Origin: the human T2T-CHM13v2.0 reference genome, Homo sapiens
Reading direction: 5' to 3' (one strand)
Assembly: GCF_009914755.1 (NCBI RefSeq)
Contig: NC_060933.1
Length of the DNA: 64,000 bases
Part shown: positions 14,925-27,751 of the stretch, in pieces
Layout of the letters: each line of letters begins with the position of its first letter
Numbering within the stretch: the stretch's first letter is position 1
Program-made: the position numbers and the translations under genes
Notes under the pieces: generated by a model
Database searches by the model: none
What the model was told of the DNA's origin: nothing
What the model saw: the letters and a program-made list of their open reading frames with translations, nothing else

Positions 14925-17900
14925 TATTAGATTGGCCAACGGAAAAATATACAGGTACATCAAACTGTAGATAACATACCTGGTTCAAAATATACCAGTG
15001 CTAAAGCAAAACCTTCACTGTGTCTTAAAAAAAAAAACCTATCATTTTACTGTTACTGTCTTACAGTAAGTATAATTTTAAATTTGTCAAGTTTTTTAAA
15101 ATACATTTTTAAAAGTGGGAAAGGGGATTTTGCATGTCAGACCTTATCTCCTATTCATTTTCAGTCAGAAACTGATGTAATAGATATCAGTAATATAAAT
15201 ATATACTAAGAAACTGCAAGTTTATTTAAAAAAAAGACACTGTAAGGCATTCTATAAACTGGTTTAGTTTTATCCCCATTCCACCTATTCTTATGACTTT
15301 CTGGGTTATTTTACCTATTTTACTCCTCAAAGCCCCCATCCTTCTCTTCATAAAGATTTCTTACAACGAAAACCTGTATCTGTTGTCACACAGAACTATT
15401 CAGCAATATTCAAAAAGGTACCATGTCATTAAGCATATCAATTCAGTTCACGCATTGAGAGCCTAACTCAAAGCTCTGAGAAAAGAATGCTCGTTGCAAA
15501 AATAGTTATTTTTATTAAGACCAATCTCTAGAAACTTAACATTGATATTAAAGATGAAGATGTCTATGAGAATGCATTTAGCACAGCGTTGCTCACACAA
15601 GAGTTACCTTTTGTTTTGTTTTGCACAATGGAATACAAGCTTAGAGATAAAAAAAATTCTTCCCTTGAAATAAAAAATTCTTCTAGCCTTACTAAAATGA
15701 AACATATGATACACATCACACAAGCTGAAAGCCAAATCTGTTAAATTTACTAGTGAAAAATGTCCTAAGTACCCCACAAAAATCTAAGATTTTATTACGC
15801 AAACTTTGACTTTTAATTCAGACTCCAAAAGTTATCATTTAAATCATAATAAAACACTTATCTTTTAATATGTAAAAGCCTTAAAATAAGCACTGCCTTT
15901 CAAGCTTAAGTGTCTTCTGTTTCCACTTGGCAAATTTACGTTATGTGAAATCCTTAAATAATTAACTAGCACTATAAACCGTCTAGTATCTCGAACCAAA
16001 TAAATATACAATAAATGTTCTTCCCAAATTAGAACATACAAAAGTGTGGATTTGGCACTGAACTACAATATGTGGGCTCTGTGCGTAACCAGAACCGGTG
16101 AAGACTTCTACACCTGTAAAATGAAAATGGCCAAAGCAAGAAAAAATTTTATGCATTTTATGTCCTCCATAGTGAATTTGATAGTCAGGTGTGGCATCAC
16201 TAGACATAAAGCCTTCAAACAGTTCTATAATATATCAACAAAGCAGCAATACTGACAGCTAAATACTAACAAGTGGGAAGGCAACTAACCAGGAAAAGCT
16301 ACGTAATCTGTAGGTCCCAGTGCAAGATGAAAATGCAGGGTAACCTTGTCCAAAAATTCTTAAGAATTTCAAGATTGGGTAGGATGTGCAACCATACCGG
16401 TTACAAGCTGGAAAAGCAGTCCTGCCCATAACTAAGTACTCACGCCAAAAATAAAATTAACCTCCCCCCACACACACTCAAATGTGGTAGCTTACTATCA
16501 TTTTTGACCTGTCCAGCTGAGTAGCCAAGAAACAAAGAGCTGGGGGTAGACTGAGATGGGCAGGTTTTCCACAGGGTGGCACACCATCTAGCCCCCTTAA
16601 AATGTCAACAAAAAAGTAACCAAACCAAGCTAAGTACCACAGATTCTAGCCTCTCTCAATTCCAAATAAACATTATGAGTGATAAAAGTGGCAATAAGAA
16701 TGTGACGATGTGATAGATTTAATAAGACATCAAATGGGAGCGAAAATACTGATGCTACCACGCAGACAAGTCATCAAAAAGGGGAATGGTAAAGTCAGTC
16801 TTGATAAGAAGCTTAAGAAGCTATTTCAGAGTATCTAGTCCTTTGGGGAAAAAGAACATGAAGGCTAATTTGCCACTGTGGTGCTCTTGTGCAATGCCAA
16901 TAATGCCTGAAAAGCGTCACAGGTTTTTTAAAAAAATGTCTTTCAGCAAAGAAAGAGGAAAAGGTTGATCCCAGCTTAAAAGTCAGGATATTCTGGAAGG
17001 CTTTGCTGTGTCCTTAAAGAGAACCTAAGACTTGCTTCTAGAATAGAAGTGGGGTGGCAGGAGGGGAGGCACATTATTTTTAAAAGATAAGCAGGGAAGG
17101 CTGGAAGAGCCAAGAGCGGTTGGTTACAAGGATTCAGCTAGCAGCATCTGTCTGTGTATAAATAATCAAAAGGTTGATTCAAGGAATGATGGTATATGAC
17201 ACTCACAGCATCATTCTCCCTTAACCTACCAGGAGCTGAGTCTTAACTAAAACCACTGAAACTGGGACAGAAAGGCTTTGTTTTTCTCTTGTGAAGAGGC
17301 GGTAACCAGAACAAATCAACCAAAAAAACTAAATCAGAGAGGATCTATAAAAACACATCTTAGGCCTAGAAAAGAAAAAAGGTTCCATAGTAACCTTTTG
17401 ACACTGAGTGTCAAAAGAGTGGTAGACACTGACCAGCAGTGGGTACTTGCTCTAAACAAGAAGCATATCCTATAACTAAAATTATCTTGAACCACAGGGA
17501 AAGTGTGTGAGCACTGAATATAGCTGACTTGATTGTTCCTGAAAGAAGACACTACACAATGAAGGAAACACCTACAGATAAGGAAGAGGGAGGGGCTTAA
17601 CACCTAAAGTTGTCTTTCAAAGGAAGAAAAAAACAACTAACTCCCTGAAAGGTGGCAGCACAAAGTTACCCAAATAACAGGCAACAAGGGGCTGGTTTTA
17701 ACCACACAAAAATAAAAATACTCTCTCAAAAAGGAAAATTACAAAGGAGGAATCACAGAAAATTTAATGTAACATGTTTCTTCATATTCTAATTTTTCCT
17801 ACCCCATTCTGGCCTTTATCTTCCAGATGTTTTCTTCCTCTTCTTTCTCTCCCCATAGTTTGCAAGCGAACTTCCCGTAAGTATATCCTCCCCACAACCT

Positions 17901-19206
17901 TAAGTGTTGTTACCTTAGCATCCCTACAAACCTCCTATAAAGAAGGCCCCTACCACAAATGCAGTAACATTCGGGTCCACTCAGCAATACAGTCACCATT
18001 TATATATACCCAAAGGTTACTAAGACAAGGTAGATGCAGGACAGCTTTTCCACCCGCTCACCAAAATGGAAACTCCAGGTCAGCTTCCACAAGAAATGGG
18101 AAATTCAAGCGACTCTGGCGAAACGATTCTTGAGAAAACTCTTCAAGGGCAACAAAACAATATTTCAAACAAACAGATTTTACTTGAGGGAATGGGGACA
18201 TTACACAGCAATTGATATTCGAATGGTTTTAAATGGACTGATTCGCCGTAAGTTTTGAGGCTGAGCTAAATTTTTATGAAGAATTATTAGGAATAGGGCC
18301 ACTAGAAAATTAAGTTTTAAAAGCGCTTTTGTCCTTGCCGAAGGTATTACATTTTGGCACTTCTAAGAACCGTTCTTTGAGGGAGGGAATAAAGGAGAGT
18401 GGACAACTCGTAGCAAATCCTTTTCCCATGTTTTCAGAAAATGTAGAGACGATAGGACTTGAAAATCTTTGTCATAAAGATGGTCTTTAAAAATGCACAC
18501 AATTCTAAATGACCATCTGGGCAGCTACAACTGCATGCTCATAGCTCGCATCTAGAGGCATGGTTTTACGCTCTGGCCCTGAAGGATAACAAGGAGGCTT
18601 TTAAGGAAATGCCGTGAGAAAGACTGCTGGCTAAGCATTGTCACGGCCACTGGAGGAGCACCTGCCAGTGAACCGACGCTGGCTCCCCCAGTCTCACCAG
18701 TGCACGCACACTAGTCCGTGCACCCCGGCCGCCGCTGGCAGGCCCTACCAGCCAAGCTGGAGGAGCAGCTGCCGCAACCACGGCAAGCGAACTGAAATCC
18801 CAGAGCCGGCCTCGCCCGGCAGAGCGCCCGCGCTTCCCGCGCAGCGCACGCCTCGCGCGCAAACCCGAGATGTGACCGCGAGCTGCGACCTCGCGCGGCT
18901 GCGACGGGCCTCACCTAACGCGCACGAGGGGATCATCATTGCTCCTGCCCTGGGCGCCCGCGGCCCTACACCACCTCCGCACACAACGCGGCCGGTGTTA
19001 AGTCTCCAAACGCCCCGAGAGCTCCAAGGACCGCGCGCGCGAAGGCGCCGTAGCAAGTGGGCACACACCAGACACCACCCCGGCGTGTTCCGCGGGAGAA
19101 GCCAGTGCACACATCCTCCCGCAAGGCGGGGTTGCCAGTGCAACACAGGAATCCTGCCCTTTTTCTAGAAAAGCCCCCTCCCCCACTTTCCCTCCAATAC
19201 ACTCAC

Positions 19207-19460
19207 CTGCGTCTCAACAGTTTCCTTCTTGCGCTACACGCGGCCGCACCCGGGCACGTCCACGCCCGTGCACGCTGCCAGGCGCGACTGTCCCCGCTCG
19301 GCTCCCGCCGCCCCCAACCTGCTTGTGCCCACGGGAGGGGCGGTGCCACCTCCCGAGGCGCCCAATTCTCTCTACTCCCGCCGCAACGGGCTGAGCTCTA
19401 GGAACTTCGCGGGCACAACCTCCGCCGCCCCCACCAGTGTTCCCGCCCAGAGTTCGGACT
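19207..19460 (-). other. ELAVL2: Alternative non-coding leader exon (5' end approximate)
   Basis: Consensus donor GCAG|GTGAGT at 19207/19206 followed by intronic G-runs. No AUG. In-frame TAG 10 codons upstream of the donor. Confidence 0.7.
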
Positions 19461-19584
19461 AGGGCGCACCACCCCTACCCTGCTAGACGCAGCGGGGGCG
19501 CGCACAGACCTTAGCCTCGGCGTCCAAAATGGACCAGGGGCAAGGCGCGGACGCCGTCCCCGCCCCCACGCCCCCAGCACTTGC

Positions 19585-19830
19585 CTGCTGTGACTCGAAG
19601 CTGCAGCTACTACGGCTCGTGCCGCTGGCCGTCAGCACTGCCGCGGAGGAGTCGCTCGGGGCGAGCTCCGCGGAGAGGCGGTGGCGGCGGCGGCGGCGGG
19701 AAAGGGGACTGGAAGCCGGCGGAACCCCCGCCCCACCCGCGCCGCGCCGCGCCGCGCCGGCAACCGCCCTCCTCACCCGGCCGGCTACTGCCTCAGTGAC
19801 GCCCAGGCGCCGCGGTCCCGCCGTTTGTAG
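19585..19830 (-). other. ELAVL2: Alternative leader exon ending in a GC 5' splice site (5' end approximate)
   Basis: CAGCAG|GCAAGT at 19585/19584, a full consensus apart from +2 C, followed by G-runs. GC boxes lie immediately upstream. No AUG in the exon. Confidence 0.7.
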
Positions 19831-22249
19831 CGGGGCGGGAAGGAGGGGCTTGCTTGGAAGAGCGCCAGGAGGCGGGGCCGGCGGCGAGTTCGCGGCGCCG
19901 CGGCCGCCGCCGGCGCGTGCCCTGCCCGACCGCCCTTCGGGTCCGTGCCGGCAGGGAGATGCCGGGCTTCAGCAGCTCAGCTCCGTCCCTCCGGACTTCC
20001 GAGTCTCACCAGGCTTCCCCGACAAGGTTTCTCTGGACTCGGTGGAGAGCGTTGAGCGCCCAGAGGAGGCTGATTCCAGGTGCAAGTTTGCAAATCCCGA
20101 GGCCCGGGGCGCTAACGGGGAGTCAGAGCAGCTAACGTGGGGGTTACTTTATGTGTTCATAAATGTATTTATAAATATATATAAGTATACACACATATGT
20201 GTGTCTCTTTTAAAAATTCTCTTTTTCCCCCTACTTCGCAGCCAAGGGGTCCTGTCCCTGGACAGAAAATAAAGGCTTAGCCCCCTGCTGCCCCTCCCTG
20301 CCTCTCTAGAGAGAACCTGACGTTTAAATAAGCCCAGAGTACCTGTGCGGGGTGCTGTACTCTGCTTCAAACGCAAAGTAGGAAATCCTGCACTCGACTA
20401 TGCAAACGCTTGCCGCTAGCCGCATCCTTCTATCGCCCCCCAACTCAAGACCCGAAATGGCCAACTCTTCACCGAGGGGGCGTCCCACCGCTGCCTTGCC
20501 TTGGCCCGCCCCTTCGCCAAGCTCAATCCCTTTTCCCCAGAAAAACCTGTGCCTGTCCTCAGACCCGGCCCCACGGCTGGAAGTCAAAACCCACCCCGGA
20601 GCCACGCGGCTGGAGCACGTTTTTACACCTGCTCGGCCGCTTAATTACGAGAGCACCTGTAGTTGGGATTTTTTTCATTGCAAAGGCATCGATTTTAGCC
20701 CTTCTCCTAAAATACTACGTTTAAAAAATCACCTGTCATACCTACCTGAAATTGTAGGAGGTAAGAGAAAGGAACCGAGCAGTGGGCGACCCAGTCGCCG
20801 CAAGAACGTGACCGAGGTTACAGCTTCAAGGGCATGATGCAGGTTTGATGCAGCAAGGTCCGCTAAGGGCGTCCAGCGCTCCCCGCCCCCATGCGACGGG
20901 CGGAGCGGGGTTGGGGGGAAGGGAGGGGACTCGTCTAACCCAGGGCGGGTGTGGGAGAGGCAAATTTGCCCTCTTGGGCGAAGTCTAATCAGCATAGTGA
21001 AGTAGGGGGCTCAACCAAGGTCAAAAGCGAGATAGGCCATCCCTTAATTTGTGCGACCCAGTCTGGGGACACCGGATACAGCTAACTGATTCTATATCAG
21101 CATTTCCGTGTCACCCCAAATCCGATTTGCAATTAAATGACCTTAATTGACTTTGTGTGGGTTCCTGGGAAAACTGCTCAAAGCGCCTGCGCCTCTTTGA
21201 CCTCTCAGTAAATAGTTAATTATAATATTCTCATCCCAGGCACGCGGGATTGCTAAAAATGCCTATTTCCAAAACGTTAGGCGAAAATGGGCCTACTTAA
21301 TTTGTCAATCCAAACCTAAAACTCTTAGAATGCCCTACGCCCTACTTCCTGACGCTGACTAAATTATGGGAGAGCTCTCAAAAGAGTTCCCCAAGTCTTC
21401 CAAACCACTTCTTCCTACAACCGTAGCGTTTTTTGTGAAGAGCTCCAGAACAGGTTAGCTTTATGAAGCGGGGTGCCCAAGCACTTGGTTAAAAGAGGGA
21501 ACGGGGAAGAAGTGCCTGCTGTAAGACACATTCAGGCAATGACAGCAATAAGTAAGGGCGAGAGTTAAAAAATAAAATGTTAACCCCATAACAACTTCGA
21601 AACTCTCAACATATTTTTTTGCGGGCTTATCTGTTCATAGTCTGACAAATCTTTCAGATGTCCCATTTAAGAAGCCATTTTACAAGGAAGTCTTAAGGCC
21701 CAAACACATTTCCTACCCTTCTGTTCCCCAAAACACGAACACCCTTTTTCTGACCTTTAGAAACTGATTTTCAATTTGGAAAATAATTTCTTTAGTTACT
21801 ATTGTCTGCTGTGTACTTTCTAAAAATTTTCATTGTAAGTCTACGTTTTATAGGTTGCAGTTAATAGTGTAGGCCTGGGAAATAAAACATTAATCTCCCT
21901 CCCACCCCCAGAGGATGGGTATAATAAATAGGGGTGCGGAGAACGGCTGAAGGTTTAGAATCTTAACCAACTGGAGTGTTTGTACATGAGAGGGGGAAGG
22001 GACAGAATCCGTGCATTTCGGGGAGAAAGTACAGAGACCTCCATCCCTGTCCAGCAGTGTTAACAGTAAATACTAAATGGTTGGCTATTTCTCTCACCCT
22101 CGCCATAATAAAACCAGACCTGCAGCCGGTAATTACGAGAAAATACCCAGTCTCGCCATCAGTTTTGCTAACCGGTACTTGAAAATGGGAAACGGGGAAC
22201 TTATCCAACCTCCAATTTGTCACAGTTGTATAGCTTTCGTATTAATTCT

Positions 22250-23000
22250 GTACAGACGTGAAATAGGTGGGTACGTAGCAACGTGCTGGGCATAAATTAA
22301 GCAACAATGGCCACGCGAGGTCTCGTCCGCCGCGGAGCTCCAGTGGTGGGCACTGCCACCTTGCCATCCCTAGCCCCCACCGCCCTTCGCAGAGTCCAGT
22401 CCGGGAGGCTGACGGTGCGCTGGCTTTCCCAGCCGGTAGAGTGGGTGGGGTGAGGAGCAACGAGACGTTAACCCCAGCCGGCTTTGTAGCTTTTTCCCAT
22501 CCTCTGCCTCTCGAGCACCACATGAGCGCTCTCACGCACACACTCACCCACACCCCCTCGTGCCAATAATTTAAACTTCTCTTAGGAAAGCCAGCAGCTT
22601 GTTCCACCACCACCACCCCTTCCGCCCTCCCCGGCCCACGAACATCCTCCCCCTTTCCCACATCTACCCTGGATCCTCTCTTTGGCAGTAGAAAGCCAAA
22701 TGATTTCTCCTAAACCCTGAGAAATCACAAAAGTTAAAATGAAGCGTGTGCCTATCTGCCCAGCTTGTCATCCCCAACCATCTTTCTCCTGGCGTCAATT
22801 TAACAATAGCTATTCGAGGAAGTGGGGGCGGTAAGGAGGGGGTGAGGGCTACGTGGCCGAGTTGGCTCCTGGGGTGGCTGCGAAGCCTCGCGGCTGCAGA
22901 GGGGTTCCCCCTCTCCCCGAAGGCGAAGTCAGCCGCGTAGGACCAAGGACAGGGCTTGGAATCCACTTCCCAGCGCCCAGCACAGCGAGGCTCCCAAGCA
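22250..23000. promoter_or_regulatory. Secondary CpG-rich block; possible promoter with minus-strand donor TGG|GTGAGT at 22548/22547
   Basis: Elevated CpG relative to flanks and a strong donor. The exon 5' end cannot be placed. Confidence 0.45.
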
Positions 23001-23785
23001 GCCGGCACTTCATAGACACAGCTCCAAGGATCTTATTTACGCTTTTCTGAACAAAGGGAATCTCATATCCGGTACAGGCTTAAGAATTCAGCCCCAAATT
23101 GGCTATCTTCTTTTAAAACTGAATTATGATAATTGGAGTCCGTGAATCAGAGCCCGCATACAATGATGAGTTCTGACAGCTTCTAACAACCCTAGCCTCA
23201 GCCCAGCCCCAGCCCCAGCCCTCAGGCGGCATGTACTTTTTTCAGTCAACTACAACTCGCTGCCTGGTGCAGCATCTAAATTCCATCTGGCAATCCCATC
23301 TCCCCAGCACATGCTATCTGGTTAATGCAATTAAGCCTGTGGTTTTCGCTGGTCTAATCTGCCAGTCCAGGCTTCTGATTCCCCTTAATGATTGTAAAGC
23401 CTCTCCCGTCCTTCCGTTGCTGAGCCAAAGTAGAGGCATGCATCCCCAACACCCAAGTTATCACTCTCTCCCCACGAAATGAACTTCCGATCTCAATCTT
23501 GAAGCTCACTCCACATCTAACCTCCCATTGTACCCCTACTCCCCCCTGGCCACATTTACCACTTAAGTTTCTGCCATGGACATTTACGAATATTCAGTAC
23601 GCTAAGCATGCGTCCACCGTCTTTTAGTCTAGCTCTTTAAAATTAAAAAAGCAGAACAGTAGCTTTGAAATGAGACAAACATGTGCAATTAACTTCATAT
23701 TCTGTATTCCGCTCACTTACAGGTTTTCTGGGTTTGCCAGCGCATCGCTGCAACTAATGATTAAAGAAACCAAACCGAAACTTAC

Positions 23786-24045
23786 CTTTCTCCCTTAAGG
23801 TTTTTGTGTATGTGTGTTTTTAAAGTAACGGTGCAGTTCTCCCAATAAGGATGAGCAAGAAGCTGCTGGATAGTTCTCTTAAGACAGCACGAAACCTAAA
23901 CTGTGCTCGGCTTAAAAGAAGCAAATAAAAAGAAACGCTTTCGACCCCAAAGTCCAATGCTAAAAGAAATGGCGAAAAAAAATATGAAAGGGGAGGGGAA
24001 ACTTAAAAAAGAGTTTAAAAAGACGGAGAGACTACCCTCCTATTG
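23786..24045 (-). other. ELAVL2: Non-coding U-rich leader exon (classical Hel-N1 exon 1; may extend to about 24330)
   Basis: Donor GAAAG|GTAAGT at 23786/23785. No AUG in 23786-24045. In-frame TAA three codons before the donor (CCT TAA GGG AGA AAG). Matches recalled mRNA 5' end. Confidence 0.85.
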
Positions 24046-24249
24046 CCGTTCAACTAAACAAAAAGGGGCAAGAAAAACAAACCAAGGAACAAAGAAAAGA
24101 GACGAAAGAACGTTTTTTCAAAAAGACGATGTCTTTCTCCTTGTTGCTTTTTAGTAGGTCGCTACAGGAGTAAGCTGCTGCATCTCTAACTAAGAACAGA
24201 AATAGGGGGGAGGACGTCTTAAAAGGGAGGTGGACTGGACCACAGATTT

Positions 24250-24540
24250 ATAGCACCGTATCACCAACCCCTTCTCTGCCTCCGCACTGCCGTGTGTGCA
24301 GCTGCTCTGCCAGGCTCCTATCCCGGGCAGCACGCGCGGAAGTATACGCCGAATCGCGCCACAACGTAACTTGCTCATCGCCCCAGGATCCTGATTGGTC
24401 CACACGCTTCCATTGAGGCCGCCCAGGCGGGGCCGCGTGAGACGATTGGCTATGGGCTTGTGTCACTCTCGAGAGCTCAATGGAGTCCCGTTTCAAGGTA
24501 AGTTGTGCGGGGAGGTACACTCTTAACACTGGCGGCGAAG
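24250..24540. promoter_or_regulatory. ELAVL2: CpG-rich CCAAT/GC/ETS promoter of the 24-kb leader exon
   Basis: ATTGG (minus-strand CCAAT) at 24394-24398 and 24445-24449. GGCGGGGC at 24426-24433. GCGGAAGT at 24336-24343. Confidence 0.8.
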
Positions 24541-27500
24541 GGAAATGCAAGAAGCAAAAAGAAATGTGGAGAGAGCAACGTGGGAGGGTTGGAACTGTAC
24601 TATCAGAGTTTGCGATATGGCACGATCTCCTTTCCTCTTAAATCTTTCTGCTTCAGAAAGATTCATTTCCTTTGCCATCACTGCTGCATCTGTGGCATAT
24701 TTCTTTATAACATTTAACTCTGTCCGGTATGTATGAGTCATTGAGAGCTCCCTCTCTTTGATCTGAGTGAAAGGGATGAATGTACATCCATTATTTGCCC
24801 GCATGCCTTTTTTCGATTTGTGTTCAGTACTGTATTTTGTATTAGATGTTAGGTAATTGTATGTCTTTATTTTAATATACGCATATTTCAGATTTATGTG
24901 TCCCCATGAACCCCTTTTTAAAGCATCCTTTTAAGATAAAGATGAAGTCAGAAATGCTCTCAAATAAAGCTGCACGGTTTGAATTGGCTTTCACTTCATG
25001 TTAGAATAGAAAAGTGTAGGATAAATATCCTATCCAGAAAAAGAGGTATTGAGTAGAGCTAAGGTCCTTCACTTCGAGGTGTCTAATGATTCTCAAAAAG
25101 AGCAGCTGTATATAAAACTGGAACAAGCCACTCCTCTGCATTTGCAGACAGGTACAGTCCTTGGACCACACATGTATTGCTGACAGCAAAGATAGTTGAA
25201 CCTTTATCAGGGCTCTTTCTGTGAGGATTTAAGAAGTTTAACCAGAAGACCAAGTGCTATCAATGCTTCTGCTTCATAGAGGAAGACTACTTTATTACAA
25301 CCCCATATTTTAACAGCATTCAGGAGACCAAAATACAGTTTTATGCATGATAATTGTTTCTTCCTCTAAGTGAAAGTGAGGTCCTCAGGATCGTCTGGAT
25401 GTATAAGTAGACACAATATTCATTTGACCTACGTTCTTTTCCAGCCAGCATTTCTCTTTTCAATCTTGAAAGATAGCACCAACTTCCTAGACAGTTTTTA
25501 CCATTCTTACCAGAATGTGTAAATGTAATGTACACATTACATTACACATGTAATGTGTCTTAACCAGAGGCACATGCCTTTTTGAAAGGGATTCCTTTAC
25601 ATATTTACAACTAGTCGCTATCTTTGAGAATGCCGGAAAAAGAAGACACAGGTAAGAGTTAGAGATTGCAAAAGGGTAGGGTGTCATGGAGGGGAATGGG
25701 ACAGAAGATCCCAAAGCAAAATGACTTTGAAGTGAGGAATACAGTAAATCAGTGTTCTTTGAGAGTGTCCTTGAGTGTTGATAAATGATTAATGGTGAAA
25801 AACAGACCTGTTTATCTCCCGTGTAGCCTGTATAACAATATACGAGTTCTGTTACTTTGCATGACAATACCTGGGGCTTGAGAAAGAAGGCCTGAATCTA
25901 TGTTATCTTATAATTAGTGTTTATAAAATCATGCCTTAACCTCCACCCCCAGTTTTTGTATAACAACCTCTGGAGTCTTAATTTCAACTTAAAACTATTC
26001 TCTAGACCTGGGTGAAACTCACAGCAAGAAGAAAGAAAAGCACTTTGAAGAAATGGAGTCAAGGGGGAAAAGGAAGACTCCACCCCATCTAGACTAGATG
26101 TATGAATAACAGAAGATTGGGTTTGTAGTCATCTTCCTTCAACCCCTCCCCTTGTCCCCAGCTCCATACAGAGAAATAACCTTTAAATGAATACAATTTG
26201 GGGAAAGTATAATACTGTTTGATTTCATCAGACTTACCTAGGCAGTGAATTGTCTTTCCTCCTTTTTACCATGCTCGTAGGTTAATATTGAATTAGTTGC
26301 ATATGCCCATATAATTTCAGTACATTGAAGTAAATCTTTACCATTATAATTATATAAGTGCCTTCTAACTAGGTGGAAACTAATACTTTTTTTGGTGCAT
26401 GTTTATATCCACAAAAAAAGACTTGTAGATAACTGTGATATCTGTAGATAACCCAAAATGATAGGGACAGGTGTGAAAAGCTGGGAGTGATATGGAGTAA
26501 TAAAAATCTAGCATGTGTATTATGTAAAGAAATTACATGGAAAATAGTAAACTTGTTCATTCAAATGAAAAATGCTAAATTCTGTAGATTCAGTATTTAT
26601 GGTTTTTTTTCAGCTTGGGCATAGTGACAAAATATTATTCAAAGTATTGTCATCCCTAACATGTTGTCTTTTTATGTAGGTGAGATGGACTTAAATTATT
26701 TAAAAAGTGAAAGTATCTTAAAATATTATTTTACTTCCTCATTAAAACAGATGTTTTTACATTTTAAAACTTTTAAATGGATAGATGTATTATAAGCAAC
26801 ATGTACTTTTTCAACTTTTAAAAATAAAAAATATTGATTACAGCCTCTTTAAAACAAGTGATATCTGGATGTAGATTTCACTTTGAAATTCATGTCTCAT
26901 AGCTTGAAACATTAACAAATACATACTATCCTATGATTAATTAATGAAGCCTATGTGCAAACATCTCACTTAAGAATAAGCAAAAAATGCAATCAACCCC
27001 TTTTCACTCATAGTTTGGTAAAAGAATTATCCACAACATCTGAATTTGCATTAGAAAGTATTTAAAAGACATTTGAATATGATTAAGTTATATGAACTCT
27101 GACATATCTTCCAAGTTCCTGGCATTATTTTGAATTGCAGCAGAAAAGGGAGAGATGAAGGGAATGACTGCGAACTTGGAGCAAAAGTGTGAGGTGGATA
27201 AAGTTGCAAAAGAATAGTTCTCAAAACCGAAAAAGTCATGAATTTAATTATTTTACTGAAGTTTCTATATAAGAGAACATTTATTCATAAGAATATGCAA
27301 AGCTGTTGTGGAAAATGTCTTTTAGGATAAATAACTCCCTTACACTAGAGGTCCTGGGAGCAAGGGAAGGAGTGATTTTACATTTTGTAATAAAAGTTAC
27401 TGTAAACTACTTGTAACGTTTTGTAAGTAAATAAAGAAGTTAAACTATTAAAATTAGTTTACAATGTTTGGCTTAAGGCAGTAATTTCCAACAGTAAACC

Positions 27501-27751
27501 TTCTTAGATGAATAAAAATGTTATGTGTTAGTATGGTGGAGTAGGGGGTTATGGTTCATACTATTGGAAATATGATAGTTTAATGTCTGCATGAGAAATA
27601 CAGATATCATATATCTTGCTGATTACTCTTTTATTTATTCTTCCTAAAGTAGTATGTGGACTTGCCTTTCACCGAAAGGGGGGAAAAGTTGTGAAAATTG
27701 ACACCAGTGTGAATTTATACCGTGGCAACCACGCAAGAGAAAGAGGCAGGA

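Larger units (their letters stand above)
18650..20130. promoter_or_regulatory. ELAVL2: Main CpG island promoter (GC boxes, (GGC)n at 19683-19698, (GCCGC)n at about 19741-19758)
   Basis: Very high CpG/GC content. GGGGCGGG boxes near 19832-19839 and 19871-19879. Contains two minus-strand donors. Confidence 0.95.

Noticed and set aside
18915-18939. ATG ATG ... TTAG|GTGAGG donor on the minus strand
   Set aside because: 25 nt from ATG to donor (phase 1), so not an N-terminal extension. No independent support for an exon.
19529-20272. 247-aa plus-strand ORF and other long ORFs across the CpG island
   Set aside because: Ala/Arg/Pro/Gly-rich with no recognisable domain. Long frames occur on both strands because GC-rich DNA lacks stops.
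20730-20995. Cluster of minus-strand donors (20733, 20742, 20746) as a coding leader
   Set aside because: The ATGs in phase 0 with the 20746 donor (20892, 20835) hit stops before it, and ATG 20995 is out of phase with all three. A non-coding exon cannot be excluded.
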